NCBI GenBank assembly: GCA_030141605.1
Contig: JAQGDQ010000563.1
Span: 82,637-139,575 of the forward strand
Source: Tubiluchus corallicola
Taxonomy: Eukaryota; Animalia; Priapulida
Length of the DNA: 56,939 nt
Direction: 5' to 3'
Shown here piece after piece: positions 26,836 through 38,629 of the stretch (positions are counted from its first letter, which is position 1; every line of letters starts with the position of its first letter). Under the pieces are notes generated by a model, which was given only the letters and a program-made list of their open reading frames with translations, did not search any database and was not told where the DNA came from. A program made the translations under genes and the position numbers.

Positions 26836-26962
26836 CATAAGATAAGTGCTGTTGTCGTTATTGTTTGTATATCAGTGCAGTTGTCAGTAAATAGAAGCAG
26901 TTGTCAGAAAAGACTACAAGAAATAAGAATAATTTCAATGAAGGATATGTGCGTGATATTAA

Positions 26963-27586
26963 ACCACAAGAAAACCCTCAACTTATGTAAAGCTTTAAAA
27001 ATTCACCTTAAAATTTTATACCACTTACATACTGCCTTTTTGCATATTAGACTTGCGTCTTCAGTAACCCTGTATAAAACATGTAAATTTAAACTCCCGC
27101 TACATTGTCGATAAGTTATTTGAAACAAGTTTAGATAACACTAAGTAAAGTTTGAACGAAAATTATCAGAGCATTCGTAACTTGTCAATAAGATTAAATA
27201 TACGTTTTTGGCTAATGAGTTGCGCACCCTGGAGGTGAGTTAGCGACATTTTACCAATTGGTGACAGCATTTTAAATGATAAATAATAATTTTCTTTTCT
27301 AGTTACATAATTCTTTGAAGCAAGTAAGAGAAATACTAAGTAATATGATTTTGCATAGAATGTTTTTTGGGACATAGTTTCACATTTACTTTTCTTTCCC
27401 CGATTTACGCGTTTGCGTAAGTGACGTCATGTAATGGCGTGACCGGAACAGTGTCGCGGGAAGTTAAAAATAAAAACAAACTAAAACTCCTTTCAGCGTG
27501 AGTACGATCTACGCATAAAATTGCTATAAAGTAATACAATTTCTTAAGGCGATTTTTCTAAAACCTACTTCAGGCACCCCTTTTCT
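26963..27586. mobile_element. Kolobok-like MITE, longer copy of the 21749-21930 family
   Basis: TTAA|accacaagaaaaccctc ... cctacttcaggcaccccttttct|TTAA. The last ~120 bp align with the 21.8-kb copy. Confidence 0.6.
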
Positions 27587-27779
27587 TTAAGGCTTTTATA
27601 AGAAAGATTAAAAACTATTATCAGTATGAAAATTAAAACTTTATTACGAATCCGCCAACGAAAATTTTGCTTAGTAGTAAAATAAATCTGATTCTAAGCT
27701 ACTGTCATGTAAACCTTGTTTCGTTCTTAGAGCATAGAAATCCGCAATGAGTTGATTATTGCTGTATTAGGGATCATCA

Positions 27780-28015
27780 TATAATTAAAAGTACGTAGGT
27801 ACTTTCGTTTACAACAGTTTAAAGTTTCCGATAGGACAGACCTACATTAAGCACCACTCTTAAATCTAAGGCCAGAATGCAAGGTAATAATGAGAAATAG
27901 TTTTTGCTTCGCGCTTCTTTGTAGAAAAGTTTTTGCCAATTTTTACGGGAATGTGACAGACTATTGTTAATCCTGACTGTATTTGCTCAGCTATATTTTG
28001 TCACAGACGTGGAAC
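27780..28015 (-). repeat. Copy of the FSTKxCE family, truncated where the glycogenin-derived array begins
   Basis: Minus-strand frame reads KIGKNFSTKKREA. Aligns with 16390-16650. Confidence 0.7.
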
Positions 28016-28025
28016 ATTGGCTTTC

Positions 28026-28876
28026 GTGTGCCACAACAAGAGCACGCGTTGCGTAGTCATCGTTCCTCGCAACCAACTGACGCTTGATACCTGTTTGCTT
28101 GAGAGAGTGTGCCACAACAAGAGCACACGTTGCGTAGTCATTGTTCATCACAACAACTGATGCTTGGTACGTGTTTGCTTGAGAGACTGTGCCAAATCAA
28201 GAGCACCCATTGCATAGTCATTATTCATCACAACCAACTGACGCTTGATACCTGTTTGCTTGAGAGAGTGTGCCACAACAAGAGCACACGTTGCGTAGTC
28301 ATTGTTCATCACAACAACTGATGCTTGGTACGTGTTTGCTTGAGAGACTGTGCCAAATCAAGAGCACCCATTGCATAGTCATTGTTCATCACAACCAACT
28401 GACGCTTGATACCTGTTTGCTTGAGAGAGTGTGCCACAACAAGAGCACACGTTGCGTAGTCATTGTTCATCACAACCAACTGATGCTTGGTACTTGTTTG
28501 CTTCAGAGAGTGTGCCACAGCAACGTTTGCTGTAGCACTGGCATCATCTTGGGGGAGAGGCAGTCTGACGTCATCATAACCAACTGATGCTTGGTACCTG
28601 TTTGCTTGAGAGAGTGTGGAACACAACAAGAGCACCCATTGCATAGGCATCGTTCCTCGCAACTAACTGATGCTTGGTACGTGTTTGCTTGAGAGAGTGT
28701 GCCACAGCAAGAGCACCAGTTTCGTAGTCGACGTTCATCACAACCAACTGACGCTTGATAGCTGTTTGCTTGAGAAAGTGTGCCACAACAAGAGCATCCG
28801 TTGTGTAGTCGTCGTTCGTCGCCAAAGTAACGTACGCCTGGTCGCTGATGCCTTTTACAGGAAAACTTTTATTCAT
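28026..28876 (-). pseudogene. Glycogenin N-terminal fragment amplified as an 81-bp (27-codon) tandem array, about 10 units
   Basis: Minus strand reads SDQAYVTLATNDDY...ALVVAHSLKQT..KHQLVV, matching the glycogenin/GT8 N-terminus ([26 protein letters not shown]...LVVL as recalled). One unit continues into MMTSDCLSPKMMPVLQQT. Several frameshifts; no downstream glycogenin motifs seen. Confidence 0.85.
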
Positions 28877-29927
28877 CCACTCTGCAACATTTTTGTTACA
28901 TTACTGTTCTTATCAAAAATATCTCCTCTGCCTATATTCCGAGGAAGCCATCGACTTCGCTTGGTTTCTAAACTTACGGCGCGATAATTACGTATGCTGA
29001 CTGGACTGTGAATTCGCAGTTTGTCCTTGACCTGGTCTGAACGGTAGCTGTCTGTTCACTGGACAATAATTGTAGCTACGAAGCCTCAAGCTGGAGTATT
29101 GCTTTATTTAAGTCAGCTTTATTGCTTTGAAACATTTTCTCTGCAAACGTTTTTTAATTGTTCCTTTTTAATAGAATTCAAACGACCCTTGGATTAAATC
29201 TTGACTAAAATGCTACCATCGGCCTACGAATGACCTCACGTAGTTGCCCGCCTTTGTTTTTGAAACTTACCGTGGAGCTGACATTAAACTGTAACTACTT
29301 TTTTGTAGTGTTATCGTTTAATCTGTAAATTAAGAAAAGCATAGTAAAGTTTGAGCCTAATAAGTTGAAAGAAAATGGTGTAGCAAAAAATACTCAAATC
29401 AAAATACATAGCTAATTAAATAGTAAAAATGTAACCTAAAGTATTATAGCACGTTTTCTGACGTGTGAACGCAAATTTAGAAGTACAAAAAAAAGGAGTG
29501 GTGTAATTATCTTAATTACTTACATCATTGCAGCATATAGTTGGTTCAAAGAGGAAAAAATGCAAATATTTGGCAACACAATAACAAAAATTAGCGCCTT
29601 AATTCACACATTAGGCTTTGCACGTCAGTGACTACGCATGCACCTTTTACTTGCCTTATACTACTGACACCTGGTGTTTGAAATTCACGAAAAATCCTCA
29701 CACTAACTATATCTCAATAATTTGAAGCCAAACACAATCACTGAATCTGAATAAGTTGCTTAAGTTTAAACTATTATGTAGTGAAATTTTAATACTGCCT
29801 GTGAAAGTTAGTTATGAAGTTGAACACTTGTAGAAAACAACTGAACACTATATTACATATCTGCGCAAGAACTGAAACACGTTTATTATACTAAATACAC
29901 GGTAAAAATACACAAGTAAAATGAAGA

Positions 29928-30062
29928 TCACGACTGCTGCACTGCACTGAGTGTGTGACAGAGAGACAGTGTGTAGCACGACTGCACTGCACTGAGAACG
30001 TGACAGAGAGTCACATAAGTAGATCGACTGCACGTCACTGAGAACGTGACAGAGAAACAGTG
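29928..30062. repeat. Short tandem repeat, about 3 units of ~45-50 bp
   Basis: cgactgcac..cactgag..cgtgacagaga repeated three times. Confidence 0.75.
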
Positions 30063-30269
30063 GCTAGAAGTGAAATCCAGCCAGTATATATAGGTAGAGA
30101 ACTATGCAAAAACTTGGCTTCACATATCCCATTACAGTAAAAATAGGGGAGATCCAGTGCATATTCACTGGACCGAGCAATTGTACTAGGGGTGAGTTTA
30201 TCTAGTAAAATGTTAAAGTGATTAGTCAATAGATGGCAGCACCTAAAATATACAGTTACAACTTTCACA

Positions 30270-30590
30270 CTGCCGATTAGTGAAGCTTGGAAGATTAGCT
30301 GCGCTGTTGCAAAAATCAATATAAATTATCTTATCTTTACAGCATGAAACCTATTTTTAGAACGAGATGGCTACATGACAGTTCAATTACTATATAGTTA
30401 TTATGCACATACATCACACACCTCCACATTCTGATGCTGCCAAATTTTTGAGTATGATGCAACGTACTCATGCAGATACACAAAAAAAGTAATAGCACAA
30501 GTAGCGATTTTGTTGTAACTTCGGTGAGTTCTAAAACGTGAAAGTTTTTACTAACAAAGAGAATAAAAGCATCTAAACTTTCCATCTAAG
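30270..30590 (+). repeat. Dispersed repeat A, copy 1 (contains an exon-like segment 30343-30523)
   Basis: Aligns with 32980-33300 (gattagt.a.gcttggaa, ttatctttacagcatga, catacatcac, taaaa.gtgaaa). Confidence 0.8.
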
Positions 30591-31870
30591 CAACTAAACA
30601 ACTACCGTACTACGCCTTTTTTATCAATAACCGTTGTTGAACGCTCAAATCTAGAATAAGATGCACTATTCGGTATGATTCTTGTTTTAGTCTCTTTAGC
30701 CTGTTTATATTCCTCCGTGATGCCTGAGAATCAAATCTAGGCTGGCGAAACAGTATTACCAACTCCTCCTTTTTTGCCCAACCAGTGTTAAACGATTCAT
30801 AAAATTGCTGTTTATATTTTTCAACATATTCACTATAAAAAGGCTTTGTCTTACTATTTTCCGGCACTTTATCCAACTCATAACGAACTTTTGTAGCTCG
30901 GTCATAATCGATTTCATAGTGCCTTTACGTGTTAGTAAACGTGGCAATAGATGTTTTTGCATAGATGTAAAATAGATGTAGCGAATACCCTTGTCCTACA
31001 ATCTCTTGTGCTACAAAACAAATCTGTGATATGGATCCGTTTCTAGCCCGACCTTAATTTGGGACTTATAATTGCGTAGAAAATTTCGAACTTTTGGCAA
31101 CTGGTAGCTCAGTAAAACACCCGTATGGCTTGCTGTTAACTTTTCTACAGTTTATGACTCCAAATCGTATAAATAAATTGTTTCTAACAATTTTTTCTAG
31201 AACTTGAGCAGTCTGAAAATTTTCAGCTGATGTTGTAAAAAAGTCACAATGCCGAATAAACAATGCAAACAGGTGTTACTGTTTTTTTAGAACAAATGGT
31301 GTTTTGCAATGTAGCAGCTTTTAGAAAAATTCATATAATGTTGATTTTAAAAGCAAAAGCATTAGTTAACATATAGCGACATGTGCATAAATATACAAAT
31401 TTTTAAATTTTACGGATACAATTTCCTAAAATGAAAAACTGTCACAGTTCTATGCGCGACAACTATTTATCATTTCACATTGCTGGTAAAACTTGCTAAA
31501 TTTGTGGAGTGGATATAATAGTTTTTAAAGTTTATCAAATTACTACATAACTGAGTATAGTTCCAAAATCTTAAGATGAGTGGAGACACTTGTTCCTAAA
31601 GCTAAACCTAGTTGAAAATTTAAATATGTTAGTATCTCATCAAACCTCCGAAGTTGGAAAAGTTGGAAAAATTTCTGGCTAAACAAAACAGGCGCAGTGC
31701 ATCAGATTATCCGTTTCACGGCAAATCCAATTATACGTGGCACGCCTCTGTAGGAGTTATATCTTCCGTTTAAATGATACAGTGACGATATCTAATATAT
31801 CAATGGTTATCTGTTCACAGAGGTAAGTTAAATTTTCATTGATAATCATTGTTACACGGCGAGAAATTAA

Positions 31871-32333
31871 ACTGGTGAATATGTGGAGTGGCGAAAAAGA
31901 GGACTGGCAAAAAAGTGGACTGGCGAAAAAGTAGACTGGCGAAAAAGTAGACTGGCGAAAAAGTGGACAGCCAATGAAGTAGACTGGCGAAACGCAACTG
32001 GCGAAAAAGTAGACTGGCGAAAAAGTAGGCTGGCAAAAAAAGTGGACTGCCAATAAAGTAGACTGGCGAAACGTGAACTGGCGAAAAAGTAGACTGGCGA
32101 AAAAATACACTGGCAAAAAAGTGGACTGCCGGTAAAGAAGACTGGCGAAACGTGAACTGGCGAAAAAGTAGACTGGCGAAAAAGAGGACTGGGAAAAAGT
32201 AGGCTGTTGAAAAAGTAGACTGGTAAAAAACTGGACTGGCGAAAAAAGGCACTGGCGAAAATTGGACTGGCGAAAAAGTGGGCTGGCGAAAATTAGACTG
32301 GCGCAAAAGAGGACTGGCGAAAAAGCAGATTGG
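31871..32333. repeat. 16-bp minisatellite actggcgaaaaagtag, about 29 units
   Basis: Direct reading of the array. Source of the repetitive ORFs 31757-32116 and 31836-32306. Confidence 0.92.
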
Positions 32334-32979
32334 TATATTAGTATATAGGTAATATTACTTAAATGACTACATAAAATATACTGTAGATTTTTTTTGCTTT
32401 TTACATGCTAGTATTGTGAAGTTACAGGTGAAATAGATGTTAAAATGTTTTAAAATATGGCCTCTAAAATTTGACAACAGGTACAAAAATACGTCTACTC
32501 TGCCAAGTAAAAACGTCAGCTAAAATAGGCTTAGACGGTAGTTAATAAGTGTCCAAGTTGAAAGTGTGGTGTATATTGGTATAGGGGTAGCCTTTGCGTA
32601 GTTATAGATATATTGTTGTATGTCGGTATAGGAAGAGGATTAGTGAAAAGGTTAGCAGAGGCAGAGAATGTCCCAAGGACTAAAAGCTGGTGTTTCAGTG
32701 ACCACGCAAAGAGACAATTAAATTATAGAACATCAAAAATCGAGGTAGTTGCATAGGAGGGGTGCAGGAGCTGCAGCAAAGAGACGCAGATGCCTTGAAT
32801 TGTTGGTCTTCTAAAATGTCAATTTTATTTCTGTCAAATTTCAAAATGCTCACTGCTTGTGTTTGGAGACTAGGTGACAGGCCAATTGCTACCTAACTAT
32901 ATAATTACGATTTGAAGCTAAACACAAACTAATTAATCAGCTAGATATCAGTTTTAGTTTAAATAAATAATTTTTATAC

Positions 32980-33300
32980 TGCTGATTAGTAAGGCTTGGA
33001 ACGCTAACTGTGCTGTTGCGATAACCGTTATAATTGTGTTATCTTTACAGCATGACACCTATTATAGAGCGAGATCACTCCTATGCAGTTCAGTTACCAC
33101 ATAATTGTACATACATCACATATATCACACTTCCAAGTTCTGCTGCTACCATGTTTTTGAGAACGACGCAATACTTACACATGCAGGTGCACAGAAAAAT
33201 TACTACCTCAAGTAATAATTACGTTGCAAATTTGGTAAGACCTAAAATGTGAAACAGTTTACTAATAAGGAGAGGAAACATCCAAAACCATTCCAGTAAA
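32980..33300 (+). repeat. Dispersed repeat A, copy 2 (exon-like segment 33051-33234)
   Basis: Direct copy of 30270-30590. The upstream block 32890-32935 also matches 29700-29740. Confidence 0.8.
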
Positions 33301-33649
33301 TTTTTGAGGTAAAAGTTGGGTATCTGTAGTAGAAGTGTCCTGCCCTGTGGGTTGGTTTAGCGAAACTGAAATAATTAACCAAGTGTGGTTGTATTATATT
33401 GCATATTTTGCAAGCGAATTTTTTATACATTTTTTTCAGGAATGTTAAATTTAAAAATTTAAAACTTACGAACAACTTTGAATGTCGCAAAAGTAACAGT
33501 AAACTATAAATACTCCTATATAATACATTTATATTGAAATATCTTTGAATTTTAGTCACATTAGTAACTAAAATAAGAATTACCGCACAAAAGTCAACAA
33601 TTTAGTATAAAAAAACATTACTTGAAGTATTTTTACTTATTTATCAGAA

Positions 33650-33780
33650 AGAGTTTAGATGCTTTTTTCTTTATTAGTAGAAACTTTCACACTTTAGCAC
33701 TGATCGAAGTAACATGATTGTAGTCGCTTCTTGAGGAATTATTTTTACACATGTGTTAAAGTGATGTATATACACTACAT
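33650..33780 (-). repeat. Dispersed repeat A, partial inverted copy
   Basis: Reverse complement reads ...taaagtgtgaaagtttctactaataagaaaaaagcatctaaactct, matching 30530-30580. Confidence 0.7.
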
Positions 33781-34639
33781 TAACAGGTCACACCAGTATC
33801 TTAAAATCTTTCGTAAAAGGTGAATCCTTAAGGATTTTTTTCTATTGACGCCTTTTTTAGGGTCAGTTTTGAAAAAATTTTGTAAGAGCATTTTTTAAAA
33901 GCAAAATCATCATAGAGTATTCTTTTACAAGCTCCACAACCGTGCTTGCATTCAGTAATAAAAATTATGAATCCATCTAATTTATTTTAATCTATCGTTG
34001 TTCCTAACTCTTATCCAGGTTTGACGTATTTGCACAAGTTTGAATTTGTCGAAATACATTTCATTACTTCACAAACATGTAGGAAACTATTCATTCGTGT
34101 TTAGTATTTCACAACAAAACGCGACATAATTTACCGCGGGTCTATAACAAGAGTTACTGTGTCAAACATTTGCAATAGCATTTGTTCAAACAGTCAGGGT
34201 TGTTACACACGAATCTGTGTTTACACATTGGATTTGAACTATTTCGCACAAATGTTAAAATCTTTCATGTTATTTTCAGTCTTTTAATAAACTTTTCCGA
34301 ATTTTTCAAAATTTATTTTCTTGCTCTTGTTCTGGCACCTCTCCCTGTGGGCTCTCAATGATAAGACATGATAATGATTTGACATGATAAGCACTCTTTT
34401 GGCAAAGGAGATTAAATTTTGGTAATTTTAGTTAATAATCTGTTAGTGCCTAGTGGCACAGCTCATTTGAAGCATGTTGTTCATAGGAATAGCTATAACT
34501 TTCAATACTTCACATCATACTATGATCCTGCTTGGGTCATTTGTGATTACAATCCGGTACTTTTAACTCAATTGAAGTATTTTGCCATTTTTTCAATGGT
34601 GCACCAGAGTGGTGATTTAATTTTAAAAAACTTTATATT

Positions 34640-34950
34640 CTGTAGACATTCTTGTCTGCATTTGTTTTTCATCCTTTCTTACCATTCGCTGGGGTTCCCA
34701 AGGTTAGCTAAACAAAAACTTCTGCATTCTATTGACATTCCTGTCTATATTTGCTAAACGGCTCTTCTTAACAATTTCCCTGGGAGTTCCAGGGAGGCGG
34801 TTTAACCAAACAAAAAGCTTCTGCAGACTATTGATATTCCTGTCTCTATTTGCTGAGCGTCTCTTCTTAACTCTTTCACCGGGAGTTCCAGCGAGGCAGC
34901 TTATCCAAACAAAAAATCGCTCTATTGATAATATTCTGTCCTTCAGCTCA
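34640..34950 (-). repeat. ~99-bp (33-codon) tandem repeat related to the FSTKxCE family
   Basis: Minus frame reads GTPGERVKKRRSANRDRNINSLQKLFVWLNRLP then GTPREIVKKSRLANIDRNVNRMQKFLFS. Shares the ttaactctttc and gtct.tatttgct blocks with the family. Confidence 0.65.
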
Positions 34951-35499
34951 TTTATTCCAGTATTTAAACAGTAAGCAGGGTGTGACTAGTTTACTTAAGA
35001 ATTCTAAAATCTGGTAAATTACTTTTTCACAGTTTAACACAAAGAAGTAAAACTATTCATCCATGTTTTAAATCAAATATAGACGCATTGAATTTGAAAG
35101 TGCTTTTATTGGGCGTGATTTTGAAAAACATTTTTGCAAACTTATTGATCGCGAATCAGTGTCTATAAATCAGATGTTCAAAACTCATTTTACGCGAGGT
35201 TTATTCCTCACAAGGATGTATCCATATGGCTTATTTGCTCAAATTGTTGCAGAGTTTCCTGGACATTATTGATTTTGTGAATAATGAAAACATTTTATTT
35301 AGATAAAGAAAACAACACATTGCATCACTCTGCCGCAATTTGAAAAATCGTTATCGCACGTGTTATAGCAACAAACATCTTAAAATTTGCGAACTGCGTC
35401 TCGGTGAATGTCTGTTATTTGTCTACAACTGCTATGGTGGGTTATAATTTGTATATGTAGAAAATCGCGACATGTTTTGTCTTGCACGATTAGTTATCA

Positions 35500-36300
35500 A
35501 AGAATTTAAAATAATGTAGGTATTTTGGAGTTTAAAGTTTCTCCTGTGCAGAAAGTGGTACTAAGACATAAGCAATACGTATTGAGGCACTAATAAGAAA
35601 TGGTTATTGCTTCACACTTCTTTGTAGAAAAAAAATTGTCAATTTTAGTGGAATGTTGTACCTAGACTATTATTAGTCTTGTCTGTATTTGCTCTGCTTT
35701 CTTTTGTTAAATCTTTCCCAGGTGTGGAACGCAGCCTTTGAAATTGAAGTGTGTAATCACTCTGCTTTATTTGCTTAACTCTTTCACAGGTGTGGAACGC
35801 AGGCTTTTGAAATTGAAGTGTGTAATCACTCTGCTTTATTTTGTTAAATCTTTCACAAGTGTGGAATGCAGGCTTTTGAAATTGAAGTGTGTAATCACTC
35901 TGCTTTATTAGCTTAACTCTTTCCCAGGTGTGGAATGCAGGCTTTGAAATTGAAGTGTGTAAACACTCTGCTTTATTTTATTAAATCTTTCACAGGTGTG
36001 GAATGCAGGCTTTTGAAATTGAAGTGTGTAATCACTCTGCTTTATTTGCTTAACTCTTTCGCCGGCGTCATTTTCCAGATTACCCAGGTTAATTTATTGA
36101 CACAAGAAGATTTTAACTCATTTCGGAATTTTTCACGTATACGTATCGTGGCATCTTGGATTGAAAAGCTCTTTGTAGGAAAGCCTTTGAAGAATATTAA
36201 GTATTTGTGAAATCTCTCAAGTTGTTCAATGTAAAATGCATTGATGAATCTGTGTTTACAAAGTCAGATATTTCTTCCTGCCTCTTCCTTTGTGTTTTTA
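35500..36300 (-). repeat. Copy of the FSTKxCE family containing a 69-bp tandem array (35705-36065, about 5 units)
   Basis: Minus frame reads KIDNFFSTKKCEA. Unit is tctttcacaggtgtggaacgcaggcttttgaaattgaagtgtgtaatcactctgctttattttgttaaa. Confidence 0.8.
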
Positions 36301-36539
36301 CACACGAATTTTACAATGTGAGAAAAGCTTGTTAAGAGCATAGAAAAAGCCATTTAGACACGTTTAAAGTCAATATTAAACCTGAATTTCTACCGTCGCT
36401 CAAGCTAATAATGTTAATGAAATGGCTGTTGATGTCTTGACATCAGAATAGAAAGCTTGTCTTAATAGTTGTAACGAAAAAGTTGGTAGGTTTAATGAGC
36501 AGTTCAATAGTGATGATTTTCAGCAAGTTTCCAAGAAAG

Positions 36540-37015
36540 AGCGAAAATAACCTCTACTCTCTTTGCAGGGTGCTGTTGAGCATGTGGAGTGGTATTGACT
36601 CACACTTCTTTGTAGAAAAACTTTTGATAATTTTACTGGCTTGTAGCAGCTCATTGTTCATCCTGTCCGTAATTACTCTTTTGTAATTTCTTAACTCTTT
36701 CACAGATGTGGAATGCAGGCTTTTGAAATTCAAGTGTGTAACCACTCTACTATATTTTCTTAATACTTTGCCTGCCCCCCCTCCCCCCCGGGCTAATCTA
36801 CAAATATTTAAAGAAAATACTAAAGTTTTTTCTGATCTTAACACAAACAATGATTCGTCTAAGATAAATATTGTAACTTAGATTTGAAAGCTTTTTGTGA
36901 TGAACAATTTTGAAGGAATGTTAAATCCTGGTGAAATCTCTCTACTTGTTCAAAAGTTTCTTGGATGCTGAATCCATGTTTACACAATCTGATATTTCTT
37001 CTTTCACAAGATCTG
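36540..37015 (-). repeat. Copy of the FSTKxCE family
   Basis: ORF 36554-36850 reads ...THLNFKSLHSTSVKEL...KIIKSFSTKKCES. 36930-37005 aligns with 36205-36280. Confidence 0.7.
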
Positions 37016-37944
37016 AATTATAAACTTAATCGTTCAAGCAATGCTACACAATTATTTGTTTCTGAAATTATAATATATTGAAAACATAATTACAATGTTG
37101 AAATAAGTGTGTCATAAAGCAGAGATTGTTATGTGACGAAATCTCTGGCTCATTATGAAGTGCAATCCTGTAAAATGAGCTACTCAACTGTCAGAAGTGA
37201 CTAAGCCACGTTATGCCAACTACTGAATTGTCGTTTGGATCATCCTCCATCCACAGGATCGCATGGTAAATGAAGCCAACCAAAAAATCAAAACCATGCT
37301 CGAAATTATAAGTATGTAAACCACATATCACGAATTGTTCATGCAAGTCATGCATAATTTGTAATGGTCATCAGCTGGTCCACAATTTGTTTACAAAAAA
37401 TTCTGTTTAATGATGTTATCGCTATTCGAACTTATCTAGTCTCTGTGCAGACCAAAGATTTGTATGTTATAGAATTATAATCAGATCTATTAAATGTAAA
37501 AGAAGGACGTACAACCGTACTGATCACACAGTCTATTTCTTCTGGGTTTAGTTCACACTTGACAGGCAAACCTAAATTGAATAAAATAGAGGGTAATTAG
37601 GAAATAGAGAGTAGCTTGTATAATCTACTCGTGTACCGATCAGTAAGGGAGAATGTAGAAGGTGTACATCATAGCAAAGGTAACGATTTTTTTTGTAAAC
37701 ACAACGTCTTCAGGTTGGGACAATGTCTTCATAGCAATAATTATTATGTTTGATAATTAGCTACACTAGAGTATTATAATAATCCTTTAGTAGACTTCTC
37801 TTTGTGCTGAGTTTCAATGTGGATGGTTAAAAATTTTCAAATTACTAATTGAATAATTAGGTATAACGCTTTTCATCTTCCTGTTTAAATCACTATTAAA
37901 TCTTAAGTTGTGTACTTTAAAATTATTATTTTTTGTGCGTAAAC

Positions 37945-38352
37945 ACTAGTAAATAGCCAAGCCCCACAAAAGATTTTTGCACATAAATCCACAACTACAA
38001 CCTACACACCACTCACACCTCAATCGACGTCACATCACCCACACCATACCACCCACATCATAAAACATCCACCTCACCACCCAAACGGCAACATGTAACC
38101 TACACCACATGACCCACATCGTGCCCTACCCATCACAACTGCCATTCCACAACAGCCACTCCATGCCATTCCCACCAAGCCACACACATGATATCACGCC
38201 ATGCATTGCAGATGATGATAACAATTTTGATGACCATGATGATGCTGACAATGTCGATGATAGTGACATCTGACGACCAACAATAACAACACAACAGCAC
38301 AACAGTGAAACATTTTGCACAAATTTTAAGCTGTGTGCTATGACAAATGCTA
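37945..38352. repeat. CA-rich dispersed repeat, copy 1
   Basis: caaaagattttt, acaactacaacc and ccactccatgccatt, then a gatgat tract. Homologous to 40490-40985; a minus-strand trace lies at ~5120-5190. Confidence 0.65.
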
Positions 38353-38629
38353 GTACCTCCTTAAGGACCACAAGGCCTTACAAGGCCTATGACTTTTTAC
38401 AATTGTATGAGCACAGACAAATCTAAATAATTATAAATTAGGCACTGTTCCTATTTGGGAGAACCTATTTAGCTATTCAATCAAGCTATTTGTTTAAGCA
38501 TCTATGTGTGATTTAATTGGATCATATTAAGAAAAACACGCCCTAACATTTCACACACTCCATGTTTGCCCTTTGAGTTGCTAAGTGTGGGTTACACTTG
38601 CGACATTGTACAAACTACTTTGTTGTGAC

